DNA of 63,270 nt, filler included, from Olpidium bornovanus S191 (taxonomy: Eukaryota > Fungi > Olpidiomycota), in the NCBI GenBank assembly GCA_017911155.1. It is 28 parts of 28 records of this genome, joined end to end, with 100 filler letters (N's around TTAATTAATTAA, not from the genome) between each part and the next. Parts side by side here need not be neighbours in the genome. Positions count along the whole stretch, not along the records: positions 10,106 to 13,000 come from JAEFCI010010806.1; positions 13,101 to 14,626 come from JAEFCI010008300.1; positions 14,727 to 19,075 come from JAEFCI010001649.1; positions 19,176 to 21,133 come from JAEFCI010003400.1; positions 21,234 to 23,166 come from JAEFCI010002209.1; 23 more parts are not named here. One strand, 5' to 3'. The position numbers and the translations under genes were made by a program. Below the pieces are notes generated by a model, which saw only the letters and a program-made list of their open reading frames with translations, made no database searches and had not been told where the DNA came from. Position 1 is the first letter of the stretch; the number at the start of each line of letters is the position of its first letter. Positions 11,110-23,266 of this stretch are shown one piece after another.

Positions 11110-12395
11110 ATGTCCAACGTCGGCTGGGGTGGGTTGTTGCCCCGTTTCGCAGTTTTTTTTTTTTTTTGAGTCCCGCCCTCCGTTGCACCTTGCGAAGCGC
11201 CCCGCGCTTCCCGCCGTTTTCCTGCGCCTGACGGTTCCTGATTCATCCGCAAAAAAAAAAAAAAAAAAAAAAAAGATGACCAGACCGTCCTCCGCAAGCG
11301 CCCGGAACAGATCCGGGTGACGAAGTCGCAGGCCGCGATCAACGCCGCTCGGCGCGCAGGCGCCGTTGTCGAGACGGACAGGAAGAGTGCGTGCCGAGCC
11401 CACTCCCCCCATTTCCGCCGACCACCTCCCCGCGCTTGGCCTCGTGCCATGCCCCCGGGCAGGGGAAAAAAAACGTTTTTCGACGGCTCCGAAAAACGGC
11501 CAGTCCCTCTTTCGGGCGGCGCGCCGGCCAGTTATCCTACCGGGTGGCGCTTTCTAGCGCATAGAAGAGCGTTCGACTTTGCTGGTATTTTGTTGCTCAT
11601 TTTTGGGTGGCCCGTCCCGTGTGCCCGACAGCGACGACGAACGCATCGCACGCCGGTACCGACCACCAGCGCATCGCGAAGCTGGACAGTGAGTATATGT
11701 GATTCTTCTCCTCGCGGAAACAAAACTGAAGGCGCCGACTTAGTTGGTGTATTTGACGTGGGCAGAATATTAAAACGCTGTCCTGTTGTTTTCCTTCCAG
11801 GGTAAATTACGGATGTTTGGCGTTGATTCCCCGCCTTTCCCGATATTTCCTTCTCGCCCCGGATGTTTTGGTCTGGCTCCGCCTGATTGGAAGTTCAGAG
11901 AAGATTGATGCGCGCACCAATCTCGGCGGATTTTCTGTTCGGGTCGTTCGGCAGGACGGACGATGTTGTCGTGGTCCCCAAGGTGTCGTTAGACGTCGGC
12001 AAGGCCATGATGCGTGCACGCATGGAAAAGCAACTGACGCAGAAGGAGGTTGGCGAGAAGATAAACGAAAAGGCAAACGTCATTAACGACTACGAAGCGG
12101 GGCGAGGTGAGCGCGAAATTCTGCTTGGTTTCGAACATTCCTGCGGCTGAGCGACGACGTGCAGCCGTCGTTTTCGCTGCTAAAGAGTCTCTTCCTTTGT
12201 CCGTCACAGCTGTTCCCAATCAGCAAATTCTCGCGAAGCTCGAACGGTGAGATCATTATTTGAGCTGCCGTTAGCCGTTCAGTTTGCCCTGCACTTGTCG
12301 GCTAACGACTTCGTCTTGGAACAAGTGCGCTCGGTGTCAAACTTCGAGGAAAGGATATCGGGATGCCTCTCGAAAAACGTGGTGCAAAGAAGTAG
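11110..12395 (+). CDS. MBF1: Multiprotein bridging factor 1 (HTH coactivator), complete, about 6 exons
   Basis: Spliced reading: MSNVGWD-DQTVLRKRPEQIRVTKSQAAINAARRAGAVVETDRK...TDHQRIAKLD...[79 protein letters not shown], with GT-AG introns. Confidence 0.95.
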
Positions 12396-14190
12396 AGCTG
12401 GAGCGCAAAACTTTTGACTGTCTAGCAACCCAGTACGAACGAAAGTGTAACATAGTAGACGTATTTTTCTATTTCCACCCCGCTTATCGAGCGCCATCCA
12501 CGTACACGTGTTCGGTACCCTCGTTTTCCCGCGTGATTCTTTCGCCATCCAACCGCGCCAGTTTCGGTGTTCCCCCGCGTCTACTGGCTATCAGCGCTTT
12601 TCAGTGACCCTCTTATGCAGCTCTGAGCAGGAACACACGGCACCTGCCGAGGAGCGTGGGTACGGTGCTTGTGAGTGTGTTGCGAGGAGGAACCAGGCTG
12701 CCGTTGAGGTATTGGCGGGGGCCCCCTAGTGGACCACATGTTGTATTCTACCCGGAGGCCTCACCGTAGCCCTGGGGGTACTCGCCAAATGAAAAAAAAA
12801 AAAAAAAAAAAAAAATGCCGCGCGGTGCGCCAGGCACCACCCGCAATCAGGAGAAATTTGGCACAGGTGGCTTGGGTGGGGCGATCCCCCGCCTGCACAC
12901 AAAAAAGCCGGGATTTGGTCGGCGGCGAGTTCGCGGGCAGGATCCTCACGACAAAAACGTCCTCTCCCGGGAGCCGGGAGAGATCCGGCTTGCACGAGAG
13001 NNNNNNNNNNNNNNNNNNNNNNNNNNNNNNNNNNNNNNNNNNNNTTAATTAATTAANNNNNNNNNNNNNNNNNNNNNNNNNNNNNNNNNNNNNNNNNNNN
13101 GCCATGGTCACGACAACACCACCTTTGTCAGGATCACTCCACAGTTTCACTTTCCAAGTGCAGTCAGATTGAGCACACGGATAATAGCGTGCCTCCTTTC
13201 TTCCAGTCTTATTTCCTGCGAGGAAACGAAACTTGAACCCCTCTGGCTCGTGGATGCTGTCGCACGTAATTCACGCAATTTCAAAAGAAGGGTAGTGTGT
13301 CCCCTCTGCGAGCTCCGTTTTGGCAGGCGCCAACCTCCTTGGAAACGAAGTAGTCCTACGCCCGTTTGGTTGGGCCACGGCCGCCATGGCGGTGGTGGTG
13401 GCCGTGGCGATGGGGTTGGGGTTGGCCGTGGCGGTGGGGGTAGTCGAAACCTTCATTTTCGTGGCTTGTGAGCCGCCCGACCTCCTTGTTCGTGGGGGAA
13501 CGAGCATTTCCTCTTTTGTGCCTCGTGCATGGGTGGTCCTCCTTGTTGGGAGGGGGCTTATCGGTATTTCCCTTCCCATGATTTGCGAGCTGGTTGATGC
13601 CGTCGTACATGGGGTAATCATAGTCCCCATTGGTTGGGGCGCAGCCGCTGCAGCAGTCGCCGCCCCGCGCTCTGCCTCGATGGCGAGGTATCCGGCCTCA
13701 ATATCCTTCCATCTGCCTCCATGGAACCTCAGTGCAGCTTCAAAAATGGGATCCACCCGGCAATTTTAGGAACGGGACATTCTGTGTTTCAATTCCTTTC
13801 CCTCTCTTGGCAACTTGTTGGGATACAACCTCGACTCCATCGTCGATGCCTGTACAATTGTTGACCTCTTTGATGAAGGCCGCGTTTGATTCGCTGTCTC
13901 CCCATTCCAAGTCCAGACCCCAGGGGCTGGCACATGATGACTTGCCCTTTCTCCGAAAGGAACACAACAATGGTGTCATCAATAACAAAATCCCGTAGTT
14001 CCGCTTCGGCCTGGATTGCTTCCTTTTGGAAAGCCACCTAGCAACAGGCTTGCGCCGGATTTTCTTCACGCGTTCCGAAGGGTCACCAGCGATATCGGCC
14101 TCTTTACCTCCCCGAAGTTAGTATTAAATCAATATATAATCAATTAGCATTAGTAGTTAGCAACTATTTTTTCCTCCTCACTCTCGTATT

Positions 14191-14355
14191 GATCCTCATC
14201 GTCGTCCTGGTCCTCATCGTCATCGTCCTGATCCTCATTGTCATCCTGATGCTCATCGTCGTCTTGATCCTCATCGTCATCCTGATCCTCATCGTTGTCC
14301 TGATCCTCATCGTCGTCCTGGTCCTCATCGTCGTTTTGATCCTTATCGTTTTCCC
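14191..14355 (-). repeat. 18-bp tandem repeat (about 9 copies) encoding acidic (DDDEDQ)n
   Basis: Plus-strand unit is GATCCTCATCGTCGTCCT with variants. It lies in minus ORF 14150..14380 (MSSDKEEDWENDKDQNDDEDQDDDEDQ...). Confidence 0.9.
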
Positions 14356-14726
14356 AATCCTCTTCCTTATCTGAGGACACCTCTGGATTCGGCGTTGCGC
14401 GAGGAAACTGGCATCTTCCGCAGTGTCTGCGCAGAATTTTCCGCTCGTCCTTGGTGTGATGCGCGCTCGCTTCAGGTACCGTCCGGGGCCACGTCGCAGG
14501 TGTCCTTCCGGGTCCCGGTCACGTGAGCGGGCCCAACCCCCCAGATATGACAACATTCTTAACGTCCGCTCACGCAGAAAAAAAAAAGATAAGGGCGACC
14601 GCAAAAAAAAAAAAAAAAAAAAAAAANNNNNNNNNNNNNNNNNNNNNNNNNNNNNNNNNNNNNNNNNNNNTTAATTAATTAANNNNNNNNNNNNNNNNNN
14701 NNNNNNNNNNNNNNNNNNNNNNNNNN

Positions 14727-16420
14727 CATGTTCCTGCTACCCACTGCAGATCGCAGTCAAATATGGACTATGCCACAATCGTGGTCCTGTGCATTTTGTT
14801 GTTTGGCGGTAAACAGAGCTGTGAAATGACAAAACAAGATTGAGTTGAGGCTGGACGAAGTCTTTTAGAAGCTGTTTGAGTCACGTTTAAATGGGAGAAA
14901 CTTTCATCAACCTCTTTGCAAACAGTGAAGGAAGTAAAAGTTCTGTTTCCAGATTCTAAAAAGGCGTGTGATTTTTCCGATGATGTTTAGAGCTCTGGTG
15001 CAAAAAGTTGGGCTTCGATTTGCTTCAACTGGGCTTTATGTATACAGAACGGCAAGGAAAATTATTTGGTGCAAGAATCTTGCAGATCTGAGGTAATCCG
15101 GCGAAGCTATGATGTTTATGAGCAAAACTTTTGCCACATGGGTAAAAAAGTTTTGGTGAATTTTTCGGTCGAATGACATCAGAGCAAGATCATGACAAAC
15201 CAGGACGCTAACCAACCTCAAGGACACATTATCTGCCATTTCACCTGTTCCAAAATTTTATTCTGAACGGCAAGTTGCCATTCACTCAACTTCCATCGAC
15301 ACCGCCCCACTCATGTGGATGTTTTACGTCAACAACGGGACTGGGAACGGAATGTGAACGGGAATGGAAATTGGAGACCAAGCGACCGGCGAACAAGGAA
15401 ATGACCATGATGACGAATCAGCTGAAAATGCCACGGAAAATTAGTTTGTCAAGGAACCGTCGATAAGTACAACAAGTTGAGGCCTTGGAGGCGCAGATAA
15501 GTATGTCATATGTCATTGAAAATAAACCGGAATTCTGGCTTTTTCAAACATCAAACTTGTTCCTCAAACGGCAAGCGCCGTCGCAAGTTTCAACACATTA
15601 CAGCACGCGATGACACGCAGACAGTTGCATGTCACCATGGTTGGCAAGCGAAACTTCGCCATCGAAAGCGTGGAGGAAGCACAAACCCTATTCGTACAAC
15701 ACACAGTACAATACCACGTAAACCTCACGAATACTTTACAAGAGATTTGTATTGATGAGCTTTTAGATAAAGAAGATAAGGAACGGCCCTAGTCAGGCTG
15801 AGGTGGGATAAGATGGTAATGATGTCATAGTGACTACAAATATCGATGTACTTTGCGTCATATACATTAATAATAGAAATTCTGAAACCTATAAAAGGGA
15901 AGTTGAGATTAACACTTAGACGGCACAAGTATGGAAGTAGGGTACAAGCACCTCTGTGCGACAAACGCACCCATTCAACGCCGATTGCTCTTATTGCCGA
16001 GCAGTTTGAAGCATTATAATATTGACATTAATAGTTTTGCAAAAAAAATTTTAGGAGTTAATTTTTTCAAAGTTTAAACGGACTGGTAGACAACTCGAAA
16101 AGGTTATGATGGAAAAAGGACCAGTTGTGGAAGAATCTGTTGCAGAAAATGTTTGGAAGAAGAGGATGATAACAATTCGAAAAATATCATAGATGCTGTG
16201 AACACCAGGAAGGAGAACAGCCAACCGCCAATGCTTCTGCATCTACAAATGCAATTGACAAAATTTCTGTACTTCGTGAAGCCTTACTACGGCTGGACGA
16301 GACCCACCCGTGGAATTAGATATAGACAATGTTACGAAAATTTATTGCCAAGAATGATTACTTCCGTGTGAAAGACATCACGGATTATTCGAGGTAAGTT
16401 TGACTTATGTGCGACCCCAG
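14727..16420 (+). mobile_element. AT-rich, stop-riddled region; possible decayed DNA transposon (hAT-like)
   Basis: Visibly lower GC than the flanking genes, with no long ORF. 14729-14770 reads CSCYPLQIAVKYGL, resembling the hAT CxxH-L-x-L-x-V-K motif. No other hAT motif was found. Confidence 0.25.
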
Positions 16421-16636
16421 ACGGCCCAGGCGCCGGATGATCTTTGAAAGCCGAAATTAGAGACCTCGTTTCCCGAGACGAGCGTGTGCCCGCTTGTGTT
16501 TGTGTCTGTGCGTGCGTGCGGCCGAGGGAGAGAGCGGGCGGGTGCGTGGCGGTGGCGAGGCCGGTGGCAGAGGGGAGAGGGGGCGGGAAGGGAGCGCGCG
16601 GTGACTGGCCAAAAAGCGTTTCCGACCCTCCCCCCC

Positions 16637-19075
16637 ATGGACGTGACGGCCACCTCCGTCCTGTTCAACGGGCGCGTGCCCATCACGGTCAAGCAGCCGG
16701 CGCTCCCCGCGTCCCCGGACCAGCAGCAGCAACGCCACCAGCAGCAGCTTCAGCAGAGGCTTCCGCAGCTCGGCGGACCGGCCGCGGTTCCCGTTGACAA
16801 CATTTTCCAGGGACCGGCGGGTCCGCGGCACGTGCAGCAGCGGAAACATGGCATCACCGTCCGCATAGCGCTCGCTTCGCGACAGGGCGGCAGGTCCAAG
16901 GTGAGTGTCAGGAGAAAGGGAGAATCTACCCGTCGCGCGGTTGCCGGGGGCCGCGAGTCAACGGCCAAAAACCGTCCGTCGTTGTGCGTTGAACGAACCG
17001 GCGAATTTTTGACGCCGCGTGACACACACTTGCGGTCACCCCCCCCCCATTCCCAGGTACTCGAAGTCCAGCTCACGGACGAGACGGATCCGTTCTTCCT
17101 GTACCAACTGGACATCGGCGAGGAGGACTTTCATCGACTGAAAAATGATCAAAACCTGCTTGTCGACTTCCAAGCGTTTCCGGAGAAGTTTATCGAGCTG
17201 CTGAACCACTGCGTGCGGCACCGCAATGAGGATCACCCAAAGTAAGGCGTGCGCGCAGCCAAAATCTTTTGCTCGCCACGCCGGGGGGGGGGGGCGGCAT
17301 AACGGTCCAGCGAAGGGGAAAAAATGTATGAATGTAGTCGAGGTTCTTCCCCTCCGTCCCCTCACTCTTCGGCCTTGGTGCGAGCGCTGACGCGCGCAAA
17401 CCCGACAACCGGCCCACCGTTCTCCCACCAAACGTTTCCTCAACTGGCAGATTCGTTGCCCAGCTCACGTCGGAGACTTCTGCGCGGTGCGCCGTCCTGA
17501 ACGTGATTGAGACAAACACGTTCAAGCACATTGCACATCTCTCGCTGGATTTCATCCCCGGAGACGACGCGCGGGTGAAGCAGTACCTGGCGAACCTGGT
17601 GAAGGACTACAAAGCCGAAGTTTCCTCGCTGCAGCAGGAGCTCGAGTCTTCGGTCGCGGCGCTCACGGGCCGCCTCCAGGAACAGGAGTCCCACGCCGCG
17701 TCCCTCGCGACGGAGCTCGAGAGGCTGCGCACGTCCTCCACCGAGGGGTCCAGCCGGCTGCAGATCCAGCACGCGGAGGAGATGGCGCGATTACGGGAGA
17801 ACGCGGCGCGGGAGCTGGAAAACTACCGACGGGACGCGGAAAAGGAGACAAGGAGGTTGGAGATGGAGTACGAAGACAAGGTGCAGAGAAAGGGCCTGAA
17901 GCACGGGGCTTGAAGTACTGTATACGACCGGTGGCGTGCAAAATTGTCGTCGAAAATCTACTCACTCTAATGCGCTACCCCGGTATTGCCGCCGCCGTTT
18001 CGCCGCGCTTCCCGATGGCTTCCCCCCTCTCTCTCTCCGGCCTCGCCAGCTTCGGAACCTGTCGCAGAAGCATACCACCGTCTCGGCCACGCACAACCAT
18101 CTTCTTTCACATTCCCAGACGCTGGAGGGCGCGCTCGCCGCCGCCAACAAGCAGCTTGACGCCATCACACACGAGTGTCAAGCGTTTCGGCAGGACTTCG
18201 ATCGGGCCAACGCGCGGGCCGAGCAGCTGGAGGCACAGCGAGCCGAGCAAGAGAGGGAGATCGAGCGACTGCGCGGCGACTTTCGCGAAAGCGAGCGGCG
18301 TGAGCGCGAGCGGCAGGCGGAATGCAATAGATTGAACGATTTGATCGAAAACTCCGGCGACCAGAAGGTCAGTGACTGCATCTGGGCGCGTTGTATTGCG
18401 CGGTGCAGATATTAGCTTGCGCGTTCTCCCCCAGGTGTCCCCTGCAACCTTTGTTCTCAAATCTACGTGATCGAAATTCAGGCAAAGCTGGAAGACTCTC
18501 TCAACCTTTACAAGACGCAAAATGCGCGATTGGAGGAGACGATGCGGAAAGCTACCGAGGAAATAAGTAAGGTATATATATGTCGGGCATTCGACAGTTC
18601 GCCTGTGACAAAAGATTGCCCGGAGTTTCGACGCGCCGCTTAATATGACATTATTTTCTACAGGGCAATGAAATCATCCAGCGGCTGCAGGTCGAGCTTC
18701 GCTCGTGTAAGTCGAAGATTAAGCTGAAGAATATGGTGACGCTGCAACAGGAGAAGCTGCTGGACGAGCGTGCGCACACGTTGGAGACACAGCAGAAGGA
18801 GATTGCGGGGCTCCAGGAAGCAGCGGCCAAGCGAGGGGAGGAGCTCGAGGCGGCACGGAAACGGATTGACGAGCTCCAGAATCGGCTGGACGATAGCAAG
18901 CGGGTGATTGAAGAGAATGCTAACGGTAGGCCATGTCCTCGCCGCGGTTTGCGGCATGGTTTGCGGTCTCGGAACGCTGCTCGATGGCACTTACTTTTGG
19001 GCGTTACCTCGTTCCTGCTACCAAGTGATCGAGTGGTTGCATAAACAATTAAACGAAGACCCGCTACACCGACAG
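16637..19075 (+). CDS. SAS6: Spindle assembly abnormal protein 6 (centriole cartwheel), multi-exon, 3'-truncated
   Basis: Head domain: LFNGRVPITVKQ..ITVRIAL, VLEVQLTDETDPFFLYQLDIGEEDFHRLKNDQNLLVDFQAFPEKFIELLNHC, and NVIETNTFKHIAHLSLDFIPGDDARVKQYLA. It is followed by long coiled-coil exons, including GNEIIQRLQVELRSCKSKIKLKN and VIEWLHKQLNE. Confidence 0.93.
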
Positions 19076-19175
19076 NNNNNNNNNNNNNNNNNNNNNNNNN
19101 NNNNNNNNNNNNNNNNNNNTTAATTAATTAANNNNNNNNNNNNNNNNNNNNNNNNNNNNNNNNNNNNNNNNNNNN

Positions 19176-19241
<66 letters not shown>

Positions 19242-19766
19242 CTCCGGCCCCCAGCGGCCGTTTCGCTCTCAACCGCCCGCCGCGCGAGAAAAGGAAGTGT
19301 AGTAAAAAGGAAAAAACGAAAGAAAAGAAAAAATTCTCCGCTTTTCCACCGGCCTGGCTCTCCACTTCCTTTCTTTCTCGCCAGCCGGCCTGCCCGTCGT
19401 CAGCGGTGCGCTTCCCGCGTCCCCACGCTCCCGAGCACCCCCGCCCGCCCGCCGACGCACAGCCTGCTGAGCACGTGGACGGTCCCAGGTCTATCCCAGC
19501 CGGCAGGTCCTGCAAGCCCGTGAGCCGCGCGGGGAGCTGTCCCGCTTTCTTTCGGTCGGAACGTCGATCTGGTCTGATCTGTCCAACACGCCCCCTCCCT
19601 CAGGACCTTTCCCCCCCTCTCCTCCCCCACTTCTCCTCCCCCACCTCGTCGGTGCCACCAGCCGCCACAGCTCAGGATCCTCAGGGCGGCGCGCGTTCCC
19701 GACGCAGAAAAAGCGGCCGGGGGCCGGCGGAGCAAGGGGGGAGAGCGGGGCGGGCCGCCGGTAGAC

Positions 19767-21031
19767 ATGTGGTTCCTGCACCGGAGATCGTCGCGGAGCG
19801 CAGCGCCAGAGGAGAGGGACCAGCAGCACAACGGAGCCAGCAGCCGGGACGGTTTGTCCGGAACGCCGGCGACGCCGTCGCCCTCCGGCAACATGTCCCC
19901 GCCGGCGCCTCCCGCGCCGCCGCCGCCCAACCCGTTCTCGATCCAGATCAGCTGCACCAGCTTCTCCGGCCGGAAGCACCGGTTTGGCGCGGTGCACATC
20001 AACGAGGACACAACCGGCTCCTTCGAGGTCACCGTTATGGTACCGCCGGCACCGGGCTCGAAATCGAAGAAGAACGTCGGCCACGTCGTGACGGCGTGGT
20101 ATATCGCCGACGGACACGGGCAGCGGGTGACAGGGTAAGGGACCACAGCTCCCCACGGTGATCACAGTTTCCCGGTTCCTCCCTGTGTTTCCGGCGAACG
20201 CAGGCGCTTCCAGAAATTTCGTGAGTGCCGTTGCAACCGGAAATAAAAACCTCGCCGCAACCTTAAAAAATTTTTCTCTGTTTTTTTGCAAGGCAAAATT
20301 TGTCAAAGTCAACCTCCTCTCCAGGGACCGCGTTCATCCGCCTCATGGAGCGGAAACTTCCCGCCGCCCTCCGCGCCGTCCTTGACCCGCTACCGGTGCC
20401 GCTCGGCGACCCGCAGCTCGCCCGGCGGCTGGCCGGGAGGTTCGCGGGCTTCCGGGACACTCTCAATGGTCTGGTGAACGCCGCAGACAAGAGTCTGTGC
20501 GAGAACAACGGGAGCACGCTCTGCCTGGCATTCCGGTTGGAAAACCACATGTTCGCCTACTGCATCGGCGACAGCAGCATGTGCATGATCAACTCGCAGG
20601 GAAAGCCGCTGCGGGTGTGGAGGCGGCTGCGGCTCGTAACCGAAACGAAGAAAGGTAAGCATCGCGACAGCTGCGGCCCCCTGAGCCCGGGGCGGGCGAG
20701 GCCGGAGCCGCAGCCGCAGCCGCAACCGCAACCGGCAGAGGACGAGTACGACGACCCGGAGCCCGCCGTGTGTAGCTGCGAAGACTCCCTAGACGGGTTC
20801 CCTAGGAGGGTGAGGGAGGGCCAGGACCCGCAGCGCGTTGCGAGGAATTTCGCCAGCCTCTATCCGGAAAAGCTCCACCCTGTCGCGGACGCCGTCGACA
20901 TCCGGCCCCCTGGGTCGGTCAATCTGCCGCCCACCTGCGACGCGCTCACCCAGATCGCGCAGAGATTCCCCCGGCTGCGGATGTGGATGAGAAGGTCCTT
21001 CTTGCTCGTCACGCCGAACTCGAAATACGGG
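19767..21031 (+). CDS. Divergent PP2C/PPM-family protein phosphatase, 3'-truncated
   Basis: PPM motifs in order: HINEDT (motif 1), WYIADGHG (motif 2), NGSTLCLAF (motif 4) and AYCIGDS (motif 5). Intron 20135-20292 (GTAAGG..TTTGCAAG) joins the exons in frame. Confidence 0.72.
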
Positions 21032-21060
21032 GTAGGCAAACCTTACACCCCCCCCCCCCG

Positions 21061-21122
<62 letters not shown>

Positions 21123-21362
21123 ACCACCACCCCNNNNNNNNNNNNNNNNNNNNNNNNNNNNNNNNNNNNNNNNNNNNTTAATTAATTAANNNNNNNNNNN
21201 NNNNNNNNNNNNNNNNNNNNNNNNNNNNNNNNNCATGATAAATGAGGAGCGCCGGCAGCCGGGTTGTTCGCCCGCCGCCGGTGTTGCGGTTCTGCTCTCT
21301 TCTTCCCGTCTTCTTTCTGTTCTGTCTGCTGTTCGCCGCCTCCTGGCAGTAGCAAGTAAACG

Positions 21363-21372
21363 GTCACGTGAC
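21363..21372. promoter_or_regulatory. Putative bHLH E-box (palindrome GTCACGTGAC) about 190 nt upstream of S-formylglutathione hydrolase
   Basis: Perfect 10-bp palindrome with a CACGTG core in the 5' flank. Confidence 0.4.
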
Positions 21373-21554
21373 CCGTAGAGCGCATCATATGGTTCACAAC
21401 TAAACGCAAACGGCTGAGAAAGTTTCAAGGACGAGTGGCGTTCCCCCCCCCCTCCCGCCAAATCTTACCGCGGGGCCTCGTTGAAACCGTTCGCGTGCCG
21501 GGAAGGCGAAAGTGGCAGATCACCCCCCGCTGCCCTCCGCAAATTCGCCCAGGG

Positions 21555-23162
21555 ATGGCCCTCAAGGAGCTCGCGCGTTCGAAGGCCTTCGGCGGCCACG
21601 TCGTCAAGTTCTCCCACCAGGCTGCCTGTTTGGGCGGGCTGGACGCCAACTTCAATGTGTACCTGCCGCCCAAGGCAGCAGCGGGTGGGCGCGTGCCGGT
21701 GAGCTTTACGGCGGAAAACGACCGCCTCTCCGCGCCAGCGACTCCGCGCGCAAACGCCATCCGCGCTGACGGTCTCTTCCCGCCCGTGCATATCTATATC
21801 TGCTTCAGGTACTTTTTTGCCTTGCCGGCCTCACCTGCACAGAGGACAACTTCATCCAGAAGTCCGGGGCGATACGGAAAGCGTCGCAACTCGGGATAGC
21901 TCTCGTGTGCCCGGACACCAGTCCGCGTACGTCTCGGTCCTTCCCCCCACCACCCTCCCTTCCCCGCCGAATACTGCACGACCACTTAGCTTACGACGTG
22001 AAGACCTCACTTGTTCGACGCGCTGAACTATGCCCGCTATGACCAATGCCCGGTAACGATCTTTCGGTTGCCCGAAAATCGAAGGCGGCGCGAACGTTGA
22101 AGGCGAAGATGATTCTTGGGACTTTGGTACAGGTACATGGTACTTTTTTTTCTATTTCTTTTTCCTCGATGGTTCTCTCCGTGCAAAACATGAACAGGAA
22201 TGAGACAAAACGTCTTGCGTGTTGCCAAGGCGCTGGATTCTATGTCGACGCGACGGAAGAAAAATGGAAAAGTCACTACCGCATGTACACCTACATCGTG
22301 GACGAGCTCCCGAAGGCGGTCCAGGAGGAGTTGCCCTTGGTCAGTCATGATAATGATCGAAGGGTGGTCCCTGTTGCCTTTTCTTGTGCCGGAAGGCGTG
22401 GATGCTCATGCCACCGGAAAATAGGACCTGGACCGCTGCTCAATAATTGGCCACTCCATGGGTGGTCACGGTGCGTTGACAATTTATCTCAAGAACCCCG
22501 GAAAATACAAGGTTTTCTTGGCTCCATCGGGCTTCGCCGCTGATGACGTCATTAGCGACAAATCCTAGCTAAGCGTCCTTTCCCCGGGGTCGGCGTTTAT
22601 TTTGACTCAGAGTGCGAGTGCCTTCGCCCCCATAGCGAACCCTATCAAGTGCAAATGGGGCCAGAAGGCGTTTTCTGGTTATCTTGGGACCGCTAACCCG
22701 GATGCGTGGGCCGCGCACGACGCCACTGAGCTAATTAAGCGGTATAGAGGGCCGGCGCTGAACTGGCTGGTAGACCAAGTAGGTTTTTCGACCACGAACT
22801 GTCATAGTTGCGGAAGCGTTCAGCAGATCTGGCGACGCCTCTGAATGTTGCTGTTCTTGTTATTTCAACACGCAACCATGGGCTTTAGGGGTCAGACGAC
22901 GAGTTTTTGCAGACAGGAGATCTCCTGCCAAACAATTTGTTGGATGCTGTTAAAGGCGCCGGCAGAAGCAGTGAAGTCCGCTATAGGCTTCAGGACGGCT
23001 ACGATCACGGGTAAGGCTGGATTTTCTACGCAAAAAATTTCACAACATGCCGGAAACCGACGTGAATTTATTTTTTTTTTGGCCTCGCGATCTACCAGCT
23101 ACTACTTCATTTCGTCATTTATTGACGATCATCTCGAACATCACGCGAATTATCTTCTCTGA
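21555..23162 (+). CDS. ESD: S-formylglutathione hydrolase / esterase D, complete multi-exon gene
   Basis: [63 protein letters not shown], nucleophile elbow [34 protein letters not shown], and [21 protein letters not shown]. Confidence 0.97.
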
Positions 23163-23266
23163 CACCNNNNNNNNNNNNNNNNNNNNNNNNNNNNNNNNNN
23201 NNNNNNNNNNTTAATTAATTAANNNNNNNNNNNNNNNNNNNNNNNNNNNNNNNNNNNNNNNNNNNN

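Noticed and set aside
20789-21133. Poly-Gly/Pro/Lys/Phe ORFs (also about 26058-26260, 37730-38519, 61533-61779)
   Set aside because: Translations of homopolymer runs at contig ends, not proteins.
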